Source: Minisyncoccota bacterium | GTDB lineage: Bacteria > Patescibacteriota > Minisyncoccia > UBA6257 > 2-01-FULL-56-20 | Direction: 5' to 3' | DNA: 64,000 bases | NCBI GenBank assembly: GCA_041664245.1 | Contig: JBAYLC010000001.1 | Coordinates: 22,654 to 86,653 of the forward strand | In this document: positions 44,608-53,907 of the stretch, one piece after another | Layout: every line of letters starts with the position of its first letter | Position numbering within the stretch: position 1 is the first letter of the stretch | The notes under the pieces: generated by a model | Told to the model about the DNA's origin: nothing | Seen by the model: the letters and a program-made list of their open reading frames with translations, nothing else | Database searches by the model: none | Made by a program: the position numbers and the translations under genes

Positions 44608-45300
44608 ATGCTAACCCGCGGTAAATTCATTGTTATCGAGGGAATTGATGGTTCAGGGAAAAGCGTCCAATTTAACAAATTGGTGGAATATTTAGATTCA
44701 AAGGGGCACGAAATTACTCCTTTTGATTTTCCACAATATAACGAGCCTTCTTCTTATTTCGTCAAAGAATACCTGGCCGGCCACTACGGACCCTCAAAAG
44801 AAGTCGGGCCATATCGCGCTTCTCTTTTTTATGCCCTTGATCGATTTGCGGCCAAAGAGAAATTAAATATTGCCCTAGACTCTGGCAAGCTAGTCGTCTC
44901 TAATCGTTATGTGGCTTCCAATATGGGCCACCAAGGAGCCAATCTGAAAGATGGAAATGAGAGAGAGAAACTTTTCCTTTGGATTAACGAAATAGAATTT
45001 AAAATTTTGACCATTCCCGAACCAGACTTAAATATCGTTTTACATGTTCCCGCCGAAATTTCTTACCGATTGATAAAAGAAAGGGAAGAAAAAGGGGAGC
45101 GCGGCGGCGCCAAAAGGGATATTCACGAATTAGATCTCGATCATCTGAAAGCTGCTGAAGAATCCTACCTTTTAGCCGCCAAATTATTTCCCAGTCGCTT
45201 CCATCTAATTGAATGCGCGCCCCAAGGCCAACTAATGACGATTGATGAAATTCAGGTTAAAATTAGAGCTAAGGTAGAAGAAGTTATCTCAAAAAACTAA
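44608..45300 (+). CDS. tmk: Thymidylate kinase
   Basis: FIVIEGIDGSGKS, FYALDR, NRYVASN, PEPDL. Confidence 0.92.
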   Translation: MLTRGKFIVIEGIDGSGKSVQFNKLVEYLDSKGHEITPFDFPQYNEPSSYFVKEYLAGHYGPSKEVGPYRASLFYALDRFAAKEKLNIALDSGKLVVSNRYVASNMGHQGANLKDGNEREKLFLWINEIEFKILTIPEPDLNIVLHVPAEISYRLIKEREEKGERGGAKRDIHELDLDHLKAAEESYLLAAKLFPSRFHLIECAPQGQLMTIDEIQVKIRAKVEEVISKN

Positions 45301-45332
45301 GATTTTCTTGATACCTAACACTTAATATTCGA

Positions 45333-46748
45333 ATGACCTACGAACCAACAATTGGCCTTGAAATTCACGCCGAATTAAAAACCGAAACCAAGATGTTTTG
45401 CGATTCGGTTAATGATTCCGAAGAAAAGCATACTAATCACAACGTTTGCCCGATTTGTCTTGGTCATCCCGGTTGTCTTCCGACTATTAATAAAAAAGCT
45501 GTTGAATCAGTCATTAAAGTCGGCTTTGCTTTGGGCGGGAAAATCAACCCTCTAACCAAATTCGATCGGAAAAATTATTTTTATCCGGACTTGCCCAAAG
45601 GCTATCAGATTTCCCAATACGACGAACCGCTTGTAATCGGCGGCACCTTAAATGGTGTTCGCCTCCGCCGGATTCATCTCGAAGAAGATACTGGCCGTTT
45701 AATTCACGATGAAACAACCAACGCTAGTTTGGTTGATTATAATCGAGCCGGCGTCCCTTTAATGGAACTAGTAACCGAGCCCGACATTAAAAGCGGCGAA
45801 GAAACTGTCAATTTTGCGAAAGAGTTTCAATTGATTCTTCGTTATCTTAATGTTTCAAATGCCGACATGGAAAAAGGGGAGCTTCGTATTGAGGCTAATG
45901 TCAGTCTTAATATGGGCACCAAAGTTGAACTCAAGAATATTAATTCTTTCCGGTCGGTCGGCGACGCTATTGCCTACGAGCTGAAACGGCAGGAAAAAAT
46001 TTTGAAAGCCGGCGAAAAAGTTGCCCACGAAACTCGCGGTTGGGATGACATAAAGAAAAAGACCTACAGCCAGCGCTCTAAAGAAGAAGCTCACGACTAC
46101 CGTTATTTTCCCGAGCCCGATCTCCCTCCTTTTGAAACCTCCGTTTTTGATTTGGAAAAAATAAAAAATGATCTCCCAGAATTGCCCGCTGACAAAAGAG
46201 CCCGTTTTAAAAACGAGTTCGCTCTCGATGAAAGCAAAATCGAAACCTTAATTATTAATCCCCATCTCGCCGAATTTTTTGAGGAAGCCGTTTCTGAGTT
46301 AAAAAGTTTCGGCGAAAAACTAACTCCCCAAACTCTTCTTAACTACCTAACCGGCGATCTTGTTGGCCTTCTCAACGAATCCGGCCTGAAATTTGAAGAG
46401 ATAAAAATAAAACCGGAGCATTTAGCTCACCTTAGTTTTCTAATAGACTCCGGCCGAATTGGCAGCCGCCAAGCTAAAGATATTTTAAAAAGAATGTTTG
46501 AAACCGGCGTTGATCCCGAACTAATTATCAAAGAAGATAATTTAGAAACCGTTTCTGATGAGTCGGAGTTAGTAAAAATAATTGAAAAAATAATTTTGGA
46601 AAACCCCAAGGCGGTAGAAGACTATAAAAAAGGCAAAATCGCCAGCTTACAGTTTTTAATTGGTAAAACGATGAGCGAGCTTCGCGGCCGGGGGAATCCG
46701 GACACTCTTAAAATGCTGTTTAAAACAGCTATTGACAAAATTGCTTAG
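45333..46748 (+). CDS. gatB: Asp/Glu-tRNA amidotransferase subunit B
   Basis: IGLEIHAEL, KNYFYPDLPKGYQISQ, DYRYFPEPDL. Confidence 0.98.
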   Translation: MTYEPTIGLEIHAELKTETKMFCDSVNDSEEKHTNHNVCPICLGHPGCLPTINKKAVESVIKVGFALGGKINPLTKFDRKNYFYPDLPKGYQISQYDEPLVIGGTLNGVRLRRIHLEEDTGRLIHDETTNASLVDYNRAGVPLMELVTEPDIKSGEETVNFAKEFQLILRYLNVSNADMEKGELRIEANVSLNMGTKVELKNINSFRSVGDAIAYELKRQEKILKAGEKVAHETRGWDDIKKKTYSQRSKEEAHDYRYFPEPDLPPFETSVFDLEKIKNDLPELPADKRARFKNEFALDESKIETLIINPHLAEFFEEAVSELKSFGEKLTPQTLLNYLTGDLVGLLNESGLKFEEIKIKPEHLAHLSFLIDSGRIGSRQAKDILKRMFETGVDPELIIKEDNLETVSDESELVKIIEKIILENPKAVEDYKKGKIASLQFLIGKTMSELRGRGNPDTLKMLFKTAIDKIA

Positions 46749-46761
46749 TGTATGCTATAAT
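46732..46761 (+). promoter_or_regulatory. Consensus sigma70 promoter of an orphan gene
   Basis: TTGACA-N18-TATAAT with a TG extension. Confidence 0.8.
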
Positions 46762-46809
46762 AAAAATAGCAAACCTGACAACCTAAATCTTAACCCTTAG
46801 GAGGGGTGT

Positions 46810-47325
46810 ATGTATCGTGTTTTTTCATCTATCTTGGTGGCGCTTATCATCGTGATTAGCGTGTCTATTTCCGCGATCGCCGGTAACTACCCGCCAGCCA
46901 ACCTCAAGGCCGTATCTATCGAAGATAGCATCGGAGTCTCCATTCCAATCATCTCGGTATCGATCTATCAGTACAGCCAGGAATATCGGAGTCAAAGAAG
47001 TCTTGATGGCCAGATCGTGCGTGGTACTGTGGTCATCTACGGCTTTGAAAACGAAATCTACCGATTCGATTTATATGGAGGCGACAGCACAAAACTGCCG
47101 ATTTCGTATAAAAATTGCTATGGCTTTTTCAACCATGCGCAAATCGTCTACGTTGACGGTGCCGAATCGGAAATAGTCATCCATAAAGCCCAAGAGTACG
47201 GCGACGGTCTCTACGAAGGCAAGAATGCCGCCGAGCGAATCTGCGAGATCAGAATCGGCAAGGATGACGTTGAGGCTCAAGACCAGGTGTGCGCTTTTGA
47301 GCCATACGTGACCACCATCAAATGA
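46810..47325 (+). CDS. Secreted orphan protein
   Basis: SD AGGAGG, signal peptide AIA|G, own promoter and terminator. Confidence 0.75.
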   Translation: MYRVFSSILVALIIVISVSISAIAGNYPPANLKAVSIEDSIGVSIPIISVSIYQYSQEYRSQRSLDGQIVRGTVVIYGFENEIYRFDLYGGDSTKLPISYKNCYGFFNHAQIVYVDGAESEIVIHKAQEYGDGLYEGKNAAERICEIRIGKDDVEAQDQVCAFEPYVTTIK

Positions 47326-47377
47326 TTTTCTCTCGCCCCATTTCGTCCTAATCGAAATAAGATTAAGGAAAACTCCA

Positions 47378-47414
47378 AGGCCGCTGACGCTCACTGTCGC
47401 GGCCTTTTTCTTTT
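47378..47414 (+). terminator. Intrinsic terminator
   Basis: AGGCCGC/GCGGCCT stem followed by TTTTCTTTT. Confidence 0.75.
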
Positions 47415-47422
47415 CTAAAATA

Positions 47423-48379
47423 TCACCTACTTATAAAGTCATCTATCAATCCCGAATAGCTTTTGAAGTCATCAATCCAATTAATCTTTTTATCTTTTTT
47501 AAACCACGTCATCTGCCGTTTTGCGTAATGCCAAGTGTTCATTTTAATTTTTTCTTTCGCTTCTTCCTTAGAAATTTTTCCTTCCAAAAAATCAATTACT
47601 TCTTTGTAGCCAATCGTATTTAACGCCTTAATACCTTTCCTATATTTTTGAACTATTTTTTTTGTTTCCTCAACTAATCCCTGCTTAAACATTTTCTCCA
47701 CCCTTTTCGAAATATTTTCCTTTAGTTTCTGATCTGGGATTTTTATTCCCAGCTCTAGAAATTCGTATTTCGATTTTTTCCTTTTTTGTTGGGAAGAAAA
47801 AGATTTGCCGGAATTGATTATCACCTCAAGCGCCCGAATCACTCGCCGCGGATTTTTTAGGTCCACCGTTTGAGCCGACAGGGGATCAATTTCCTTGAGT
47901 TTTCCCGCCAACCTCTCCAATCCGTATTTTTCCATCTCGGCTTCTAATTTTTGCCTCAACTTCAAATCTATTTTTACCTTCGGTATGGATAAATTTTCCG
48001 TAAGTGCTCGGATATAAAGCCCCGTTCCGCCGCAGACAATTGGCAGTTTTCCTCTCGATAAAATTTCTTTTATTGCTTTTTCCGCTAACCGTTTATAATC
48101 CACCACCGTAAAATCCTTGTTAGGCTCAACCACATCAATCAAATAATGTTTTATCCCTTTGTAGCAGTACTCATCTTCTTGTCGATTTTTTTCTAACTCT
48201 TGATACTTCCCGCGGGGCACTTTTCCCGTCCCAATATCCAGCCCCCTGTACACCTGCCTCGAATCCGCCGAAATAATCTCCCCGTTAAATCGGCTAGCTA
48301 GTTTTACCGCCCACTCCGACTTCCCGCTCGCGGTTGGCCCTAAAATTATCAGTACTTTATTTAATTCTTTATTTTCCAT
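47423..48379 (-). CDS. miaA: tRNA dimethylallyltransferase
   Basis: GPTASGKS, SADSRQVY, GGTGLY, YAKRQMTWF. Confidence 0.97.
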   Translation of the reverse strand: MENKELNKVLIILGPTASGKSEWAVKLASRFNGEIISADSRQVYRGLDIGTGKVPRGKYQELEKNRQEDEYCYKGIKHYLIDVVEPNKDFTVVDYKRLAEKAIKEILSRGKLPIVCGGTGLYIRALTENLSIPKVKIDLKLRQKLEAEMEKYGLERLAGKLKEIDPLSAQTVDLKNPRRVIRALEVIINSGKSFSSQQKRKKSKYEFLELGIKIPDQKLKENISKRVEKMFKQGLVEETKKIVQKYRKGIKALNTIGYKEVIDFLEGKISKEEAKEKIKMNTWHYAKRQMTWFKKDKKINWIDDFKSYSGLIDDFISR

Positions 48380-48432
48380 TTTTCTTATAATATACTTACC
48401 TTAGTTCTATTTCACAACCAAAGAGGTTCCCT

Positions 48433-48666
48433 ATGAGCAAATCAACTATGAAGAAAGCTTTGGTGTGTTTAGCTGCATTCCTAGGCTTTCTTCTAATAAT
48501 GCTAGCGGCATTTTCTTCAACTGCCGCCGTCTTTTTCCATCAACTTCTTAACGGCGAGAACGTTCTCTATCTAACGGCTCTAACCGCCCTAGTTGTTGGA
48601 ATCCTGCCGACCTATCTATTATCCAGGTTTTGTTGCCGGTATTTTAAGAAAATCGGACTATGTTGA
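48433..48666 (+). CDS. Small 2-TM orphan protein
   Basis: SD-like AGAGG, two hydrophobic helices, downstream hairpin at ~48698-48720. Confidence 0.6.
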   Translation: MSKSTMKKALVCLAAFLGFLLIMLAAFSSTAAVFFHQLLNGENVLYLTALTALVVGILPTYLLSRFCCRYFKKIGLC

Positions 48667-48722
48667 TCGACTTGCCGCTTCTCTCAAGTAGCTAAAAACC
48701 CCACATCTCTGTGGGGTCTTAT

Positions 48723-50483
48723 TTATATCGTCTTTTCTAAAATCTCCGTTTTTATTTTTTCCAATAATTTTTCTATTCCAATTTCTCCTATCTGTCCCTG
48801 CTTGTAATGTCGAACATTAACCGTCTTATTATTTTCTTCTTTCTCTCCAACAACTAAAACGTAGGGGATTTTCTGAAGTTCCGATTCCCGAATTCTTTTT
48901 CCCAAAGTTTCATTCGCATCACTAAGTTCCGTTCTGATTCCACGCTCTTCAAATTCTTTCAAAGTTTTCTTAGCATATTTTTCGAATTTTTCGCCGACCG
49001 GCAAAATCGTTGCCTGCACAGGCGAAAGCCACAGAGGGAAAGCGCCCGCGAAATGTTCAATTAAAATCGAAAGATAGCGCTCGATTGATCCCATAATCGC
49101 TGCGTGTATCATTACGATGCGCTCCCGTTCGCCCCTCTCGTCGATACAAAACAGATCAAAACGTTCCGGCATATTCATGTCGATCTGGATGGTAGCAACC
49201 TGCCATTCGCGACCAAGCGAATCTTTAGCCATGAAATCAAGTTTCGGACCATAGAAAGCCGCTTCGCCGACGCCCTCGAACCATTCACCTTCTTTTTCAG
49301 TAACAATCTCGCGTAAAATCTTTTCCGCAAATGCCCATCGCTTCGCATTGCCTAGATATTTTTCCATATGTGCCGGATCATGAAGCGAAAGCCGGGCGCG
49401 AAGGTTGAGTCCGAATGCGCTGTAGAATTCATGTACAATATCCCAAATTTTTAAGAACTCTTCTTTCGCCTGCGCTATACGGCAGAAAACATGCGCGTCG
49501 TCTTGTGTGATAGAAAGCACCCGCGCAAGCCCGGACAACTCACCCGATTGTTCGTCGCGATAGACCATTGTCGTATTTTCATAGCGTTGGGGAAGTTCGC
49601 GATAACTCCACTGCCGTCTGGCGTAGATTTGTGTGTGATGTGGGCAGTTCATGGGTTTCATCGCGAACTCATGTCCTTCACGGGTTTTTATGCGGAATAA
49701 ATCGTCCTTGAATTTTTCCCAGTGTCCACTCCGTTCATATAGATCTTTCTTTGTGATGTGTGGGATTTCTACTTTTTCATATCCGCGCGCTTTACGAAGT
49801 TGCCAAACAAAATCATCTAGAAGGTTACGAAGGAGTGTACCTTTCGGCGTCCAAAGTGGAAGACCCGCCCCAACAAGATCCGAAAAAGTGAAAAGATCCA
49901 ATTCCTGTCCTAATTTTCTATGGTCTCGTTTTTTGGCTTCCTCCAGGAGTTTTGTGTACTCCGCCAATTCTGCTTTTGTGTTAAAAGCCAAACCGTAAAT
50001 TCGCTGGAGCATCGGATTTTTTTCGCTGCCCCGCCAATAAGCGCCGGCAATTTTATTTAATTTAAAACCATCCGCCGGAATTTCTTTGGTGTTTTTAACA
50101 TGCCCTCCTCGGCAAAGATCCAAAAAAATATCGCCGGTCTTGTAGATTGATATCGGCTCTTTTGTTTTTGAAAGTTCGTTAATTAATTCCAACTTAAACG
50201 GCTGGTCGCGGAAAACTTTTTTTGCTTCCACTCCGGTAATCTTTTTTCCAGAAAATGGAATTTCTTCCTTAATATACGTCCGCATTATAGCCTCAATCTC
50301 CTTGAGATCTTCGGGGGTAAGCGAGCGGGGGAGCAGAAAATCATAATAAAACCCGTCCTCAATTACCGGGCCAATACCTAGTTTGGCCTTGGGAAATTTC
50401 TTTAAAACTGCCGCCGCCAGAAGGTGCGACAAAGAATGGCGGATATTGTCTAAATTATTACCTTTTTCTAATTTTATAGGCAT
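48723..50483 (-). CDS. thrS: Threonyl-tRNA synthetase
   Basis: RHSLSH, DLCRGGH, RDHRKLG, KPMNCP, AAFYGPKLD. Confidence 0.98.
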   Translation of the reverse strand: MPIKLEKGNNLDNIRHSLSHLLAAAVLKKFPKAKLGIGPVIEDGFYYDFLLPRSLTPEDLKEIEAIMRTYIKEEIPFSGKKITGVEAKKVFRDQPFKLELINELSKTKEPISIYKTGDIFLDLCRGGHVKNTKEIPADGFKLNKIAGAYWRGSEKNPMLQRIYGLAFNTKAELAEYTKLLEEAKKRDHRKLGQELDLFTFSDLVGAGLPLWTPKGTLLRNLLDDFVWQLRKARGYEKVEIPHITKKDLYERSGHWEKFKDDLFRIKTREGHEFAMKPMNCPHHTQIYARRQWSYRELPQRYENTTMVYRDEQSGELSGLARVLSITQDDAHVFCRIAQAKEEFLKIWDIVHEFYSAFGLNLRARLSLHDPAHMEKYLGNAKRWAFAEKILREIVTEKEGEWFEGVGEAAFYGPKLDFMAKDSLGREWQVATIQIDMNMPERFDLFCIDERGERERIVMIHAAIMGSIERYLSILIEHFAGAFPLWLSPVQATILPVGEKFEKYAKKTLKEFEERGIRTELSDANETLGKRIRESELQKIPYVLVVGEKEENNKTVNVRHYKQGQIGEIGIEKLLEKIKTEILEKTI

Positions 50484-50548
50484 TTCAGTGATTATAAGGC
50501 GAAGTCGCCATTTTTGAAAGAGTCGCCAAGTTAGTGTATTATTTTCAG

Positions 50549-51784
50549 ATGTTAGACATCAAGCTAATCCGAGAAAATCCCGACCGCGTTAAACGAGGCC
50601 TATTTTCTAAGAGAGCTGATCCTGCTCTGGTGGATCAATTTTTAGCTCTTGATGAAGAATGGCGGAATTTAACCAAAGAATCAGAAAATCTTCGCGCCCA
50701 GCAAAAAAAGCTAAGCGGCCAAGATGTCGCCGAAGAAGCTCGCAAAATAAAATCTCTTTTTCAAGAATTGGATACCAAGTTGGCCGCGGTCGCCGCTAAA
50801 AGAGATTCACTCTTATTGGAATTTCCTAATATCCCTTTCGACGATGCGCTAGTCGGTAAAGACGAATCCGAAAATCGCGTCGTTCGCGAAGCGGGGGATA
50901 AGCCTGATTTTAGAAAATTTGAACCGAAAGATTATCTCACCCTCGCTAAAATTCACGATCTAATTGACATTGATCGCGCGGGCGTTGTTTCCGGCAGCCG
51001 TTTCGGTTACTTGAAAAACGAAGCCGTCTTAATCGAATTTGCTCTTATTGAGCTAGCTTTCAAAACGGCGATTAAAGCCGGTTTCACTCCCATGATCCCG
51101 CCGGTAATGATTCGTCCGGAAATAATGCAAAACATGGGCAAGGGAAAATTTATAGAAGAGCACGACGCTTTTTATGTCGCCGAGGATAATCTTTACCTAG
51201 TTGGTTCTTCTGAGCATTCCATTGGTCCCTATCATCAAGATTTTATTTTTAACGAAAACGACTTGCCTAAACGTTACGTCGGATTTTCCACCTGTTTTCG
51301 CCGCGAAGCCGGCAGTTATGGAAAAGATACCAAAGGCATCCTTCGTGTTCACCAATTTGATAAAGTGGAAATGTTGGCTTTCTCCAAGCCTGAGGAATCA
51401 GAAGGGCACCATATTTTCATGGTTAATCTTCAGGAGGAATTAATGAAAAAACTGGAGCTTCCCTTCCGGGTGATGGAAATTTGCACCGGCGATATGACTT
51501 TTGCCGATGCCCGCCAGTTCGATATCGAAACTTGGATTCCCAGCGAAAATCGATTTCGAGAAACTCATTCCTGTTCCAACACTACCGACTATCAATCCCG
51601 CGGCATCAATGCCCGCTACCGCGACAAAACCGATGGAATTAATTATGTTCATATGTTAAACGGCACCGTTTTTGCCATTGGCCGAACGTTAATTGCTATT
51701 ATAGAAAATTATCAAACCAAAGACGGTAAAATAAAAATTCCCAAAGTTCTCCAGGATTATGTTGGTAAAAAAGAAATCGGCTAG
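50549..51784 (+). CDS. serS: Seryl-tRNA synthetase
   Basis: MLDIKLIREN, CFRREAGSYGKDTKGILRVHQFDKVE, HMLNGT. Confidence 0.98.
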   Translation: MLDIKLIRENPDRVKRGLFSKRADPALVDQFLALDEEWRNLTKESENLRAQQKKLSGQDVAEEARKIKSLFQELDTKLAAVAAKRDSLLLEFPNIPFDDALVGKDESENRVVREAGDKPDFRKFEPKDYLTLAKIHDLIDIDRAGVVSGSRFGYLKNEAVLIEFALIELAFKTAIKAGFTPMIPPVMIRPEIMQNMGKGKFIEEHDAFYVAEDNLYLVGSSEHSIGPYHQDFIFNENDLPKRYVGFSTCFRREAGSYGKDTKGILRVHQFDKVEMLAFSKPEESEGHHIFMVNLQEELMKKLELPFRVMEICTGDMTFADARQFDIETWIPSENRFRETHSCSNTTDYQSRGINARYRDKTDGINYVHMLNGTVFAIGRTLIAIIENYQTKDGKIKIPKVLQDYVGKKEIG

Positions 51785-52937
51785 CACTACAAGTGGGGCC
51801 TTTAATTCTTTTGGCGCTTTTCGAACCTGGATTGAAATTAGCCGATCCGCCGCAGAGCATAATTATCGTATTTTTCGTGCCCTTATCAATCCGGAAACAA
51901 AATTATGGGCAGTTGTAAAATCAAACGCCTACGGGCACGGCCTTCTCGTCTTTTCAAAATTAATTGATAAAATTGGCATCGATGGATTTTGTGTCGACAG
52001 TCTTCTTGAGGGGCTAAAACTTCGAAAAGAAGGGATTAAAAAATCAATTCTCGTTTTAGGCCCCACACTTCAAAATATCTCCGACTTAGCAAAAAAAGAA
52101 AATATTACCATCACCGTTTCTAGCTTTGACGCTCTTCGGGCAATCGGTCAAATGAAATCTCCGCCCAATTTTCATTTAAAAATTGATACCGGCATGCATC
52201 GACAAGGTTTTTTCATGAAAGACATCCCCCGAATCATCCGGTTCTTAAACGATAAGCGATTTGCGCTTCACGATTCGCTAAATGGCATCTACACTCATTT
52301 TGCTTCGGCCAAAGACACAAACTATCCCACCTACACCGACCTCCAATTTAATCAATTCAGCAAAGCCGTAAAAATTTTCGAAACCGCCGGCTTTAAAAAT
52401 TTAATTAAACACGTTAGCGCCACCGGCGGTGTGATGATTGATCCTAAATATCATCTCAACGCTGTCCGAGTTGGAATTGGCCTCTACGGCCTTTGGCCCG
52501 CTAAAGAATTGGAAATTCAACTCGGTTCCCAAATTAATCTTGAGCCAATTTTAAATTGGAAAACTATCATTAGTGAAATAAAAAATATTTCCTCCGGCCA
52601 ATTTGTGGGTTATGATTTAGTCGAGCGTGTTTTACGTCCCTCTAAAATTGCTGTTTTGCCCATTGGTTATTGGCATGGCCTTTCCCGCGCCCTTTCTGGT
52701 GTTGGAGAGATTCTAATAAACGGCCGACGGGCAAAAATCTTGGGCCGCGTTTCAATGGACTTGGTCGTTGTTGATGTAACTGGTATTAAATGTGGGGTAG
52801 GAGATTCCGCTATTTTAATCGGTAAAGACAGAAACCAAAAAATTACCGCTTTTGAACTTGGCCAAAAATCCAACACCTCGCACTACGAATTTGTTACTCG
52901 TCTTAATCCGCTTATGGAGCGAATTATTATAAGCTAA
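51759..52937 (+). CDS. alr: Alanine racemase
   Basis: AVVKSNAYGHG, KIDTGMHRQG, GRVSMD; start uncertain. Confidence 0.95.
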   Translation: MLVKKKSASTTSGAFNSFGAFRTWIEISRSAAEHNYRIFRALINPETKLWAVVKSNAYGHGLLVFSKLIDKIGIDGFCVDSLLEGLKLRKEGIKKSILVLGPTLQNISDLAKKENITITVSSFDALRAIGQMKSPPNFHLKIDTGMHRQGFFMKDIPRIIRFLNDKRFALHDSLNGIYTHFASAKDTNYPTYTDLQFNQFSKAVKIFETAGFKNLIKHVSATGGVMIDPKYHLNAVRVGIGLYGLWPAKELEIQLGSQINLEPILNWKTIISEIKNISSGQFVGYDLVERVLRPSKIAVLPIGYWHGLSRALSGVGEILINGRRAKILGRVSMDLVVVDVTGIKCGVGDSAILIGKDRNQKITAFELGQKSNTSHYEFVTRLNPLMERIIIS

Positions 52938-52947
52938 TTTTTATCTT

Positions 52948-53853
52948 ATGAAAGACAAACCAAAAGAAATCGCTCCCTATCTATCTAGCCTTAAAAAGCA
53001 AAAAACCCAGCGGCGGTTATTTATTCGATTAAGCATCGTCCTTGTCTGTACTGGATTGGTCTTGATCGGGAGCATGTGGTTAGTCGTCAATTTTCCATTT
53101 TTTCACTTCAAAGAAATAAAAGTCAATTTATCTGATAATCTAGACAAAAGCCAAATTCTAAGCGCTGTTCAGTCGCAAGTCATCCTTGATTCCTATGTTA
53201 GAAAAATTTTAGGCCCCAGCCATTTTTTCATTTGGCCCAACTCAATTACCGGCGCCAATTTAAAAATTCCCCAGATCAGCAAAGTTAATATTGAAAAAAA
53301 ATATTTCAGCCGCGCCCTGATTCTAGACGTGGTTGAGAGAAAACCAACCGGTGTTTGGTGTGAAAAATCTTCTCTTTCGAATCGAATCGAAAAAGCGGAC
53401 AACTCCACTCCAACTTTATCCGAAGATAACCCAGACGAATTAATAACCTTAGATGAAATTGCCTCTGCGCGATGTTTCTTTTTTGATTCCGCTGGAATAA
53501 TTTTTATGAAAACTGCCACCACCGGCGGCAACTTGGTAAAAGTTGTGAGCGACTATTCCAAACGAATTCTCACTCTAAATTCAAAAATTCTTCCTGATCG
53601 TTTTCTTCCTAATCTTTTTTCAGTTTTCAGCGTCATCGATGAAGCCAAATTAAATGTTGAAGAAATAATTTTGCGTGATCTTACTCTCCAGGAAATAACT
53701 GTTAAAATTAATTCCGGACCGGAAATTTATTTCAGCTTGCGCCATCCTTCTAATTCTTATCTATTATTTTTGAAATCTGTCATTAAAAACCAAAATCTTT
53801 CAAAACTAAAATATATCGATCTTCGTGTTGAAAATCGCGCCTACACGAATTAA
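52948..53853 (+). CDS. ftsQ: FtsQ/DivIB-like cell division protein
   Basis: N-terminal TM, POTRA-like region, VVERKP, C-terminal YIDLRVENRAY. Confidence 0.75.
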   Translation: MKDKPKEIAPYLSSLKKQKTQRRLFIRLSIVLVCTGLVLIGSMWLVVNFPFFHFKEIKVNLSDNLDKSQILSAVQSQVILDSYVRKILGPSHFFIWPNSITGANLKIPQISKVNIEKKYFSRALILDVVERKPTGVWCEKSSLSNRIEKADNSTPTLSEDNPDELITLDEIASARCFFFDSAGIIFMKTATTGGNLVKVVSDYSKRILTLNSKILPDRFLPNLFSVFSVIDEAKLNVEEIILRDLTLQEITVKINSGPEIYFSLRHPSNSYLLFLKSVIKNQNLSKLKYIDLRVENRAYTN

Positions 53854-53907
53854 ATGATAAGGCAATCAGTGATTGAGAAAATTTAGAGGACCTGATAAAA
53901 TGCTCTC

